This document shows positions 1-8,093 of a stretch of 64,000 nucleotides of DNA, piece after piece. The notes beneath the pieces are model-generated. The model searched no databases. It saw only the letters and a program-made list of their open reading frames with translations, and was not told the origin of the DNA. Position numbers and translations under genes: made by a program. Source of the stretch: a virus. How positions within the stretch are numbered: position 1 is the first letter of the stretch; the number at the start of each line of letters is the position of its first letter. The stretch lies in the IMG/VR virus record IMGVR_UViG_3300047476_001386, positions 7,344 to 71,343 of that record, one strand, 5' to 3'.

Positions 1-168
1 ATGTGGGAACTATTGGGGGAATTGCTATGTCAACCCTTCTAGAGCATAAAGGTTGGTGGTCTTTTCTTAGGGTTGTATTTGGAGCGATACTTATTCGCTA
101 TAAGCACCCCGGTCTTGTCAATTTGAAAAACTAACGCTTGAATTTTCTTAGTATAAAGGAGAAATGAA

Positions 169-462
169 ATGGATAAGCTTATGATTTGCCGGGAACTTCT
201 GAGGGATTTTGTCCTTGCGGAAGGCGCGGAAGTTGCATCGGGCGCTTGGGATGATAGCCGCGCAATGGCTCTAGCGCAAGCGGCTTTTGATGCCGGAACG
301 GAAGCGGGGTTTGATGTGGGGTATGATGTGGGGTATGGGAAGTTTACAGAAACTTACATGGCCGGACGTGTGGCCGGATACAGGGAATGCCTTGACGACT
401 ATGAAATTACTGCTGAGGATGAACTTACGGAAGAAGACGCCCACTATTGGGGCGGACAATAG
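169..462 (+). CDS. hypothetical pre-early protein
   Basis: 97 aa ORF with AAGGAG RBS upstream; acidic, with a short GY/GF-D repeat. Confidence 0.7.
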   Translation: MDKLMICRELLRDFVLAEGAEVASGAWDDSRAMALAQAAFDAGTEAGFDVGYDVGYGKFTETYMAGRVAGYRECLDDYEITAEDELTEEDAHYWGGQ

Positions 463-465
463 CCG

Positions 466-573
466 CCGGGGTGTATCAAATTGATACACCCCCTTGCGCC
501 AAAAAATCGCGACACCCCACTAATCATAACACGTGCGGCTATCCCTTGTCAAGTCTATTTTTCTCAAAAAAAG
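466..573. repeat. pre-early intergenic module copy 1 (palindrome + GCGCC/A-tract + leftward sigma70 promoter)
   Basis: GGGGTGTATCAAATTGATACACCCC palindrome, then GCGCCAAAAAA; minus strand TTGACA-N18-TATGAT. Confidence 0.75.
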
Positions 574-628
574 TGCTTGCAACCTAGGAAAAACGTGATA
601 TTCTCTTTTTATGGATTGGAGAGAACAA

Positions 629-1078
629 ATGAAAGTTGCTGTTTTTGATCTTGATGGAACTGTTATTGATAGCAGCCATCGTCACGCAAGCCTTCCTGAC
701 GGGTCTATTGACCTTGCCCATTGGCGTGAAAATTCTACCCCGGAAAAGATTGCACAAGATACCCTTTTGCCGCTTGTGCAAAAGATGCGGGATTATGCGA
801 AGTCCCGTTATGTAGTTATCTGCACGGCGCGAGTTTTGTCAAGGGCTGATTACGCATTTTTCTACAAGAATAATATTCCCTTTGACTTTGTGCTTTCTAG
901 GCCCAAGGGGTGCGATACTCCCGATGGTGAATTGAAGGTTAAGCAACTTAGTGCGCTTATGTCGCGTTTGGGGCTTCCTCTTTCTCGCGTTACTATGTGG
1001 GATGATAACGACAAAGTAATTGCCGCAATGGGAGCGATTGGAGTTAGGTGTATTGATGCAAAGGCGCTTCGCAAATGA
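629..1078 (+). CDS. HAD-superfamily phosphatase (nucleotidase / PNK-phosphatase-like)
   Basis: N-terminal VFDLDGT motif I, CTAR motif II, K and WDD motifs III/IV; GGAGAG RBS before ATG 629. Confidence 0.8.
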   Translation: MKVAVFDLDGTVIDSSHRHASLPDGSIDLAHWRENSTPEKIAQDTLLPLVQKMRDYAKSRYVVICTARVLSRADYAFFYKNNIPFDFVLSRPKGCDTPDGELKVKQLSALMSRLGLPLSRVTMWDDNDKVIAAMGAIGVRCIDAKALRK

Positions 1079-1239
1079 CTAATGTAATGTATCTAACCCC
1101 GAAAACTGTAAGGCTTCTTTGCTTTGAAATTGAAAATATGCTAAAGCATTATGACACTACAAATAAGCAAGCGGAAGAATTGCAAGAGTTGCTTTATGCT
1201 TTATCAGAATTTGATGAAGTCCGAATTTTCTTGTCCTAA
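1075..1239 (+). CDS. small hypothetical protein (54 aa, MTNVMYLTPK...)
   Basis: ATGA overlap with the previous stop; open frame up to the next hairpin module. Confidence 0.55.
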   Translation: MTNVMYLTPKTVRLLCFEIENMLKHYDTTNKQAEELQELLYALSEFDEVRIFLS

Positions 1240-1242
1240 TTC

Positions 1243-1326
1243 GTGGTGTCCCAAAATGGGACACCACTTGCGCCAAAAATTTGGCACACCCCACTAATTA
1301 TACCACGCTAGGAAATGCGTGTCAAC
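1243..1326. repeat. pre-early intergenic module copy 2
   Basis: GTGGTGTCCCAAAATGGGACACCAC, then GCGCCAAAAATTTGGC; minus strand TTGACA-N17-TATAAT. Confidence 0.75.
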
Positions 1327-1389
1327 AAAACATTTCGCTTGTTTTTCAGAAAAATTCGTGTATGATGACACTTCAATAAGGGAAACCGA

Positions 1390-2103
1390 ATGAAGAAGTA
1401 TTTTATCATTATCGACACTGAAACGACACAAACTGACAAGATTGCCGATTTTGGCGCGGTTGTTTGTGACAAGCAAGGGGAGATTGTAACAGAATGCGGG
1501 GTTCTTGTCAGGGAGTTTTATCTTGACAAGGAAAATCACCCTCTTTTCCACACTAAAGACGCTGATCCGCTTTGGGGCAAGCGTAACCTTCCTAAGCGTT
1601 ACGCTGAATATGACGCTATGTTGAGCAACGGAAGCCGAATGCTTGCAAGCGTTAACGCTGTTAATGCTTGGCTCGCTAAGGTTGCGCTTAAGTATAAGCC
1701 CATTGCTACAGCATATAATCTTAACTTTGACCTTGGAAAATGCCGGAATACTGGTATTGACCTAGACATTTTCTCGCAACAATTTTGCCTCTGGTATGCC
1801 TCTGCTAATCGGTGGATGCACACTAAAGAGTATAGGCAATTTGTGCTTGACAATGTGGCGTTTAACTCGCCAACAAAGTTTAAGAATATGTCTTTTCAGA
1901 CTAAAGCGGAAATCATGGCGCGGTTTGTGTTGAATGATCCCGGCTTGCAAGACGAGCCACATACGGCCCTAGAAGATGCTAAGTATTATGAACTGCCAAT
2001 TCTTAAGAGGCTTGTTCGCACTACTTCGCCAAAGGTTTATATGAACCCGACGCCAGTAACTTGGCGCGACGTTCAAGTAAAAGACTGGTATAGGCCCAAG
2101 TAA
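1390..2103 (+). CDS. DEDDh (DnaQ-like) 3'-5' exonuclease
   Basis: IIDTETT (ExoI), AYNLNFD (ExoII), HTALEDA (ExoIII). Confidence 0.85.
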   Translation: MKKYFIIIDTETTQTDKIADFGAVVCDKQGEIVTECGVLVREFYLDKENHPLFHTKDADPLWGKRNLPKRYAEYDAMLSNGSRMLASVNAVNAWLAKVALKYKPIATAYNLNFDLGKCRNTGIDLDIFSQQFCLWYASANRWMHTKEYRQFVLDNVAFNSPTKFKNMSFQTKAEIMARFVLNDPGLQDEPHTALEDAKYYELPILKRLVRTTSPKVYMNPTPVTWRDVQVKDWYRPK

Positions 2104-2107
2104 AGGA

Positions 2108-2193
2108 AGGGGTGTTGCAAATTTGCAACACCCCCAGCGCCAAAATTTTGGCATAGCACTTCATTATACCACGTATGCGTCTAGCCTGTCAAG
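2108..2193. repeat. pre-early intergenic module copy 3
   Basis: GGGGTGTTGCAAATTTGCAACACCCC, then GCGCCAAAATTTTGGC; minus strand TTGACA-N18-TATAAT. Confidence 0.75.
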
Positions 2194-2349
2194 CAATCTT
2201 TTCTGAAAAAAGTTGTTGCAATCCGCGAAAAAACCTCTATATTCCTAATTGTTGAGGCGGACAACCCGCCGACACAAGGGCCGAAAAAATCACTTGACGC
2301 CCCGTTTAATTCGCGTTAGTATAGGTCATTCAATCGGAAAGGAAAAGAA

Positions 2350-2670
2350 ATGGCTGCCACTGTTAATTTTACCCCGGAACAAGAGGCGGAAATCCGGGCC
2401 TCTGCCCCGCTCAATCTGGAAAAGGCGACTGTCCTTGCCGCCAAGTTTGGCAAGGCGTCTTATAAGTCCATCGTCGCTAAGGCGGTTCGGATGAATGTCC
2501 GGTATGAGCGCAAGGCCCCGACTACTAAGACGGGCGAGCCCGTTATTCGGAAGGAAGAACTTGTTGACTCTATCGGCAAGTATGTTTCCGGTGATCTTGA
2601 CGGGCTTGAAAAGGCCAGCAAGCCCGCGCTGCAAGCTATTCTTGCCGCGCTCACCGTTCGGGCGGAGTAA
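2350..2670 (+). CDS. T5 A2-like pre-early DNA-binding protein
   Basis: HTH-like pattern SYKSIVAKAVRM..Y..K, IRKEELV and LEKASKPALQ, recalled as similar to T5 A2; pre-early position. Confidence 0.65.
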   Translation: MAATVNFTPEQEAEIRASAPLNLEKATVLAAKFGKASYKSIVAKAVRMNVRYERKAPTTKTGEPVIRKEELVDSIGKYVSGDLDGLEKASKPALQAILAALTVRAE

Positions 2671-2675
2671 CAAAA

Positions 2676-2703
2676 AAGCGGCGGGAAGCAATTCCCGCCG
2701 CTT
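2676..2703 (+). terminator. GC-rich hairpin after the A2-like gene
   Basis: AAGCGGCGGGAA-GCAA-TTCCCGCCGCTT. Confidence 0.6.
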
Positions 2704-2725
2704 GACACTCACTAGGAAAGGTGCT

Positions 2726-2944
2726 ATGTTTAAAATCTGGGCAGAATGGGATATCGGGACGGATGATTTTGTATTTTCTTCGCTTGACAAGGCGCGAGAA
2801 TTTGCTAGAATTGCCCTAATGGATAATGACATTATTGGAGATACAGAAGAATTTGGGTTTGACTTTCAAACCCTAGAAGATGTAGAGGATGCGGGCCTGA
2901 TTAGCTTTGACCCCGTAAAGCTTGACCCCGAAATTGTTAACTGA
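2726..2944 (+). CDS. hypothetical protein
   Basis: AGGAAAGG RBS, ATG 2726, acidic 72 aa. Confidence 0.65.
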   Translation: MFKIWAEWDIGTDDFVFSSLDKAREFARIALMDNDIIGDTEEFGFDFQTLEDVEDAGLISFDPVKLDPEIVN

Positions 2945-2954
2945 GGAAAAGAAA

Positions 2955-3155
2955 ATGTTTACTGTAAGAATTGAAACTCCCGCTTATGGTGGTATGTGGG
3001 AATTTCCTTCAAAGGCGGAAGCGCTTGACAAGATTTCCGAATTCTGGCAAGATGCTTTCGATAATGAAAACGCCGAGCATTTTAATGGGGACCCTGATGT
3101 AACGCTTTGGGAACAAATTCCCCTTAAGGTTAACATTCGAGCCTTTGAAGCCTAA
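2955..3155 (+). CDS. hypothetical protein
   Basis: GAGGAAAAG RBS, ATG 2955. Confidence 0.65.
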   Translation: MFTVRIETPAYGGMWEFPSKAEALDKISEFWQDAFDNENAEHFNGDPDVTLWEQIPLKVNIRAFEA

Positions 3156-3160
3156 GCGGC

Positions 3161-3243
3161 GGGTGTGGCATTTTTGCCACACCCCATGCGCCGAAATTTT
3201 GGCAAGTCACTTCAGTATACCACGCCCGCTTGTGTCTGTCAAG
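3161..3243. repeat. pre-early intergenic module copy 4
   Basis: GGGTGTGGCATTTTTGCCACACCC, then GCGCCGAAATTTTGGC; minus strand TTGACA-N17-TATACT. Confidence 0.75.
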
Positions 3244-3253
3244 CGGGCTTTTT

Positions 3254-3510
3254 TGTGACTCATTCGCACCACGCCTAGTTGCGATTGAGAATCATTCGCA
3301 TCACGCCTAGTTGCGAATGATTCTCATTCTCACAGCGCTCCGCGCCAGAGTGCTAAATCAAGTGCAAAATCAACACGTGCGCCAGTGGTTGGTCAAGGCA
3401 TATAGTGTTCCGCGCCAGTGCGCGAGCTACGAGCCCCAAATTATACCACGCGCGGGCAGCCATGTCAAGTCCGAAATTTGGCTCTGCTGGCCGCGCCAGT
3501 GCTAAAATTA
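3254..3510. repeat. repeat-rich non-coding zone, putative T5-like injection-stop region
   Basis: 32-bp-period direct repeat TCATTCGCAYCACGCCTAGTTGCGA, four GCGCCAG copies, and a fifth leftward TTGACA-N17-TATAAT (3440-3469); lies at the end of the pre-early block. Confidence 0.55.
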
Positions 3511-3513
3511 CAC

Positions 3514-3541
3514 TTGACTTTGGCCCCCAATGTGATATAAT
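3514..3541 (+). promoter_or_regulatory. sigma70-type promoter
   Basis: TTGACT...TATAAT upstream of an AGGAGG RBS. Confidence 0.7.
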
Positions 3542-3562
3542 GGTTTCCATAGGAGGCAACTT

Positions 3563-3715
3563 ATGAAACTTTCGCGTGGCAATGTTGAGACGCTCATCGA
3601 GCATCTGGAAGACTTCATTATTCAACTAGAGGAAAGGCTGGACGAATGTGACCTGATTACCACACCTGTTGAGGAGGCATATATTGCTGAAGTGCTGCTG
3701 CGGAGCGGACGTTAA
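3563..3715 (+). CDS. small hypothetical protein (50 aa, MKLSRGNVET...)
   Basis: perfect AGGAGG RBS and a promoter upstream. Confidence 0.7.
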   Translation: MKLSRGNVETLIEHLEDFIIQLEERLDECDLITTPVEEAYIAEVLLRSGR

Positions 3716-3910
3716 ACCGCAACGTGCCATAATTACAGAACTTGCTTAGATTGTGGTTTAGGCACGCAAGCGCAAATTTTGTTCGGCTCCTCTGAGCAAG
3801 AGCAATTACGTACTGATTACTAGGAAAGAGCAGTTAGCACAGCTTGATCCGAAGCGCTGTAACACGTAGCGCGCCGGAAAATTTAATTTTAGAAGGGAGC
3901 ACGGATTATA

Positions 3911-4114
3911 GTGGGAAATACCGAGCCAAGACGGTATGAGGTTATCGAAAAGGAAATAATTCTGTTACAGACTGAACTGCGAAAGATTAGAGAAAAGTGC
4001 GAACACACAAACCTATCTAGAAAAGTATTTAGGCAGTGGGGGACTGGCTGGGAACAATATTCCTGCATTGACTGTGGCCGTGAATGGCCCGCAAGAACGG
4101 AGCTGAAGGATTAA
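3911..4114 (+). CDS. small Zn-ribbon protein
   Basis: CxH...CxxCG pattern. Confidence 0.55.
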   Translation: MGNTEPRRYEVIEKEIILLQTELRKIREKCEHTNLSRKVFRQWGTGWEQYSCIDCGREWPARTELKD

Positions 4115-4115
4115 G

Positions 4116-4265
4116 ATGAGTGCAGTTGTAGAAATTACACATATTGAAGAACCCTGTGAACACCATGAAATAGTTCTAATGTATAAGACTGAGAATGAGG
4201 TAGTATACGGATGCCCGGAATGTTATAAAAAGTTTAGGATACCCAATGAACTATATAGTAGCTAA
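4116..4265 (+). CDS. small Zn-ribbon protein (49 aa)
   Basis: CEH...CPEC pattern; AAGGA RBS. Confidence 0.5.
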   Translation: MSAVVEITHIEEPCEHHEIVLMYKTENEVVYGCPECYKKFRIPNELYSS

Positions 4266-4396
4266 ATGCTGGAACTACCATGACGATAGTGTGGTTGTAC
4301 AAGAAGTACTGCCAGAAGTGTATAATTCCGTAGATGAAGCTAAGTATGAGTCTCAGTTTCATGGTAAAGAGTGGCAGGTTTTTGAATTGGTAAAGT

Positions 4397-4972
4397 ATGA
4401 ATAAGAACGCTAAGAAGTATACAGAGTGGGCCCTTAAATCCAACCGGGGCGAAGTTGAAGGGGAGGAATCCAACCGGGGTGAAGTTGACACAATTATCCT
4501 TGCTGAATCCAACCAAGTAGAAGAGCCCAAACGGCGATCAGTTGCTATAGATGAAGAATTCGATCGAATTACAGGTAAGAGTATAATTGAAGAAGAGCTC
4601 ATCATTGACTACCGTAAGCCCGATCTAGTCGATTTTGCCTGCAACATCCTAGGAATTCCTACTCCAGAGCTTCAACGAGGTTACTTCTCTCATTATGCTG
4701 AAGCTGAGCCCGGAATCATCCGAGTTAACTGCCCCGCTGATAAGCTAGCAGAAGTTATATTTCATGAATGTGCTCATCAGTGGCAGTATGAGCATGGTCT
4801 AATCACTCCTTTCTATAGAGGCGTCGCATACGAAGGATCCTACTGGTGGGCTCCTTGGGAAATCGAAGCTAGAGGAATAGAAGGAGCAATTTTTCACGAG
4901 TGGAGCAAATGTACACAGAAAAAGAGGTCGAAGCACTTAAAGCGTACCCTAGCAAGACTGTTGATGAGCTAG
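4397..4972 (+). CDS. zinc metallopeptidase-like protein
   Basis: IFHECAHQWQ (HExxH) followed by PWEIEAR. Confidence 0.7.
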   Translation: MNKNAKKYTEWALKSNRGEVEGEESNRGEVDTIILAESNQVEEPKRRSVAIDEEFDRITGKSIIEEELIIDYRKPDLVDFACNILGIPTPELQRGYFSHYAEAEPGIIRVNCPADKLAEVIFHECAHQWQYEHGLITPFYRGVAYEGSYWWAPWEIEARGIEGAIFHEWSKCTQKKRSKHLKRTLARLLMS

Positions 4973-5187
4973 CCCTTCAGCTAGGGAAATCCAACCGGAG
5001 CATCATAGCAAAGCTATCAAAGATGGGTCTCTACAGAAAAGAGAAGCTCAACAAGGTTGGTCAGCCTATAATGCCTAAGCTAGAAATGGTTGCAGAAATT
5101 GAAAATGCCCTAGGAATAAGTTGTCCAACCCTCGTGAAGTGTGGTAAGGACGATTTGAGGCTAATTATGCAAACTTTATGCGAATAA
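4909..5187 (+). CDS. A2/D3-family HTH DNA-binding protein paralogue
   Basis: LALQLGKSNRSIIAKLSKMGLY resembles the 2350 protein. Confidence 0.6.
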   Translation: MYTEKEVEALKAYPSKTVDELALQLGKSNRSIIAKLSKMGLYRKEKLNKVGQPIMPKLEMVAEIENALGISCPTLVKCGKDDLRLIMQTLCE

Positions 5188-5221
5188 AAAAAGCGGTTAC
5201 GAGAGTAACCGCTTATTTTTT
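5187..5221. terminator. bidirectional intrinsic terminator
   Basis: A-run, AAGCGGTTAC-GAGA-GTAACCGCTT, T-run. Confidence 0.8.
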
Positions 5222-5502
5222 GCTTTGAATTTTGGAGTAAAAATTGTATTGGTGAGAGAATTGGAAATAAAAAAACGGATAAAAAGTAAGTAAATTTTCA
5301 AGTGAAAGCGGTGGGGCCCATGTGTTGTTCATTGAAAACACACTTCGAGCCGTAGATCCTTAGTAATTTGTAAAGCGTTAATTTATAGATTTGTAAGGTG
5401 CTTTAATTTGAGGTCAATTGTATACGAATTTAAAAATTCGCTTTAGTCGTGACCGGTTACAACTTGTTATCAAGGGTGAATCAATTTATATGGCTTGTAT
5501 TC

Positions 5503-5631
5503 TTAATTGATGCGAAGCAGTTCAACACTGGGGGATATGCATCTATGTGGTTAAGGGGCTCCCTTAGAGTCGCCCCTAACCCAAATGATGAATAACCCCC
5601 AGTTGAACAACTTCGCTTCTGGTCTGATTAA
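5503..5631 (-). ncRNA. candidate ncRNA: ~130-nt imperfect rod-like hairpin
   Basis: GCGAAG/CTTCGC, GTTCAAC/GTTGAAC, CTGGGGG/CCCCCAG and AGGGGC/GCCCCT nested pairs; minus-strand TTGCAT-N17-TACAAT at ~5680-5708. Confidence 0.45.
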
Positions 5632-5748
5632 TTGTTGAGTAGTCACTTGCCTCAGGCCCTCTCTAACAAATCTGTTATGATTGTATCACAAGTTTCTAGA
5701 AAATGCAAGAAATTTTTTTAACCATTTTTTGTTAGGGCACAAAAGAAT

Positions 5749-5777
5749 AGGCACTAGAGATAACTCTCTAGTGCCTT
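5749..5777 (-). terminator. intrinsic terminator ending the leftward accessory block
   Basis: AGGCACTAGAGA-TAAC-TCTCTAGTGCCT with an A-rich tract on its left. Confidence 0.7.
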
Positions 5778-5919
5778 GTTCCATAGGGCTGCATAGTCTA
5801 GTGGATCGAGATTATCTGGAGTAGTTACCCAGAATTCTCCATTAAATACAACCGCTTCAGTCTGACTAAATGCAATAAGCTGTACAACTGATCCGCTGTA
5901 TAGATTTTTCTTAAAATCC

Positions 5920-6102
5920 TTAATTACGGTCCAGCGTACCAGGTAACTTGGAAAATTGCTTTTGATACTCGGTTCGGTACTTATTTCGTGCCTCCTCCCA
6001 AACGGGCTTTAGGGCCGCCCAAAAGGCTCCCTCACTAGAACGTCCATATGCTAGAAGTTCTACATTGACCATCTCGTCATACGCTTCTAAATAATCTTTC
6101 AT
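5920..6102 (-). CDS. hypothetical protein
   Basis: AAAGGA RBS; packed in a leftward operon. Confidence 0.55.
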   Translation of the reverse strand: MKDYLEAYDEMVNVELLAYGRSSEGAFWAALKPVWEEARNKYRTEYQKQFSKLPGTLDRN

Positions 6103-6245
6103 TAATATCCTTTCTTAGTAAGGGTTTTTCATTCCAACCCATAACCAAATTACGAGTAAGACTAGCCAAAAAAGCTCAGCCATCCTTATAAATTTCTCGC
6201 CATATTACGTAGCAAAAACTAAACATTACCATTAAGACTAAAAAC

Positions 6246-6446
6246 TTAAAAAACAATTTGCAGTACCGCCAAAATAAGCACCTTAGCTAGGGCATATGTA
6301 ATAACTACTAGCGGAGTAACACACCAGAAGTACGTCCAAATTTTAATTAAGATTTTAGGTACCTCAGCCCTTTCAAATACTAGCGCGAACACGAATCCAA
6401 ATATAAAAGAACACACTAGAGTGAAATATGCGTGTAGTAGAGTCAT
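6246..6446 (-). CDS. small membrane protein
   Basis: two hydrophobic segments. Confidence 0.55.
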   Translation of the reverse strand: MTLLHAYFTLVCSFIFGFVFALVFERAEVPKILIKIWTYFWCVTPLVVITYALAKVLILAVLQIVF

Positions 6447-6655
6447 CCCATAACCCCCTTAGTCCAAATAAAATAGAGTGGTGGTCCTAACCAGAAAAGT
6501 ATCCATGCACCTAGTGCAAATCGCCTAGGCTTAGACAGAGACAGGTATTGCCAATAACTTAACGCAGTAGCAGACATTGCTCCAATCATAAACATCCCCA
6601 AGAGAGCAAAAACTTGTTCTATGTCCATCGTCCCACCAACCATATTAGTCCACAA
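6443..6655 (-). CDS. small membrane protein
   Basis: two hydrophobic segments; stop/start overlap. Confidence 0.55.
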   Translation of the reverse strand: MWTNMVGGTMDIEQVFALLGMFMIGAMSATALSYWQYLSLSKPRRFALGAWILFWLGPPLYFIWTKGVMG

Positions 6656-6801
6656 ATAAAGGCCCAGTAGCCTAGAACCTCTAAAATCTCTCCCAGCGGA
6701 GCCGGAGTTGTCGAGGGCCTACTAGACGGTTCCTTAAATGCAGAACTAATTGCATTGAGAATGGGACCTACCAAAACGTCCCCCGCGAAAGTATTAATCA
6801 T
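6619..6801 (-). CDS. small membrane protein
   Basis: C-terminal hydrophobic segment; ATGA overlap. Confidence 0.5.
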   Translation of the reverse strand: MINTFAGDVLVGPILNAISSAFKEPSSRPSTTPAPLGEILEVLGYWAFICGLIWLVGRWT

Positions 6802-7013
6802 TTGTACTTCGATCCCTTTTCTGTAAGAACTACATACGTCTGTCTGGTGCGACCTGTACTTTGGGAGCGCTCATAACGAAGAAAACCCCTTTTGAGGAGG
6901 TTTTTCAAAATCGGTGTCTGATGTACCTGCATCTGCCATTTACAGTTAACAAGAAGTTTACCCTCCCTACTTGCTACCAGTTTCAGGAATTGAAGTTTTT
7001 CTTTGTTAATCAT
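6798..7013 (-). CDS. small winged-helix-like basic protein
   Basis: LKNLLKRGFL...R..YVVLTEKG, a MarR-like wHTH tail. Confidence 0.55.
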   Translation of the reverse strand: MINKEKLQFLKLVASREGKLLVNCKWQMQVHQTPILKNLLKRGFLRYERSQSTGRTRQTYVVLTEKGSKYK

Positions 7014-7275
7014 CCAACGTAAACCTCAAATAATTGGCGAGTCTCTTTAGCTCATCCTTAATAACCATATCAACGGTTACTCCGCCATCTGCCACAGACT
7101 CACTCCAGTCCTCGATACTAGCGTATTCCTCTAATGCATACATAGTTTGCTCTATAGCTTGCTCTAGTTGCTTAGATCGCTTTAAAAGTACCTGAACTCT
7201 TTCATTGATATTATCGAGTCTTGTAAAAATGTTATCCACGTTTAGCGTCCTTCCATGTATTATAGAATACACCAT
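7006..7275 (-). CDS. hypothetical coiled-coil protein
   Basis: ORF packing; heptad pattern. Confidence 0.5.
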   Translation of the reverse strand: MVYSIIHGRTLNVDNIFTRLDNINERVQVLLKRSKQLEQAIEQTMYALEEYASIEDWSESVADGGVTVDMVIKDELKRLANYLRFTLDD

Positions 7276-7420
7276 CTTTAAACCATTTATCTTGTACCAA
7301 ATAGATAAATCCCGGTTGATAGTCTATTCCTGTAATTTGCGAATTGTATTTCTGGACTTTAAAATAGCTGCTATTGAGATAGCTATTGATAGCAAGTTTA
7401 CTAGTACTATAATCATTCAT
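7232..7420 (-). CDS. hypothetical protein
   Basis: ORF packing in the operon. Confidence 0.5.
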   Translation of the reverse strand: MNDYSTSKLAINSYLNSSYFKVQKYNSQITGIDYQPGFIYLVQDKWFKDGVFYNTWKDAKRG

Positions 7421-7793
7421 AATAAACCTGACTCACAAAAGTAAACAAGTCGTTACGCTCATCAAATTCTAAAAAGCAAGGAATCCAAAAGTCATCATCT
7501 AGATACTCAAATCGAACCTCGCTAGGAACTCCATACTCATCAAACTCCCCACAAATTCTATGGTTTTCATCCAGAGTAATTCGGTACTCTTTGGAAACCC
7601 AAGAACCTCCTGTGCGATAGTTATACCAATCAGGTCGAACTTCAACGCGCATAGCAAGCTTAGCAATAGCTTGCTTATATGAATAATCGTCCTCGAAAGG
7701 TATAACGAGTTTACGTATTCTTTCCATCCAACTAGTCATTATATCGTCCTTCATAACTTCGGGGTTGTGGTGGTCGGTGAAAGCGCATTTCAT
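7413..7793 (-). CDS. hypothetical protein (start may be ATG 7739)
   Basis: ORF packing in the operon. Confidence 0.55.
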   Translation of the reverse strand: MKCAFTDHHNPEVMKDDIMTSWMERIRKLVIPFEDDYSYKQAIAKLAMRVEVRPDWYNYRTGGSWVSKEYRITLDENHRICGEFDEYGVPSEVRFEYLDDDFWIPCFLEFDERNDLFTFVSQVYYE

Positions 7794-7914
7794 CAGCGAT
7801 TCGCTTTATGCTGACAGCAATTGAGACAAGAGCGGCGTCTGAAATGCTTGTGGTGATAGTTTTTGCTTGAGGCTCAAACTTACCCTCCAAATTGTGAACA
7901 GTAAGATCGCTCAT
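7732..7914 (-). CDS. hypothetical protein
   Basis: AAGGAGA RBS with stop/start overlap. Confidence 0.55.
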   Translation of the reverse strand: MSDLTVHNLEGKFEPQAKTITTSISDAALVSIAVSIKRIADEMRFHRPPQPRSYEGRYND

Positions 7915-8093
7915 TGGTCAGTCTCCTTAAGTAAGGCCCTTTCAATTGGCTTGATATCGTGTTTTTTAGAGCTGCAAGCCTGAAGCTCTGTCTCCAGAGC
8001 ATCAGCACACTCGCTTAGTAGCATTTTTAATGCAGCAATTCTACGGCTTTTCTCTGGAATGCACTCTATTCTAGTTTTTGCGAGCTCGCTCAT
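7911..8093 (-). CDS. hypothetical protein ending KETDQ
   Basis: ATGA overlaps at both ends. Confidence 0.55.
   Translation of the reverse strand: MSELAKTRIECIPEKSRRIAALKMLLSECADALETELQACSSKKHDIKPIERALLKETDQ

Noticed and set aside
466-3469. CRISPR-like array suggested by recurring palindromes
   Set aside because: Copies are divergent, hundreds of bp apart and separated by genes; no cas genes in the window
3716-3822. In-frame CxH..CxxCG-coding stretch after the TAA of the 3563 ORF (read-through or pseudogene)
   Set aside because: Short, with no start signal, and could be chance; not supportable without homologues
5503-5631. Retron msd-like hairpin
   Set aside because: No reverse transcriptase in the window and no clear msr/a1-a2 arrangement
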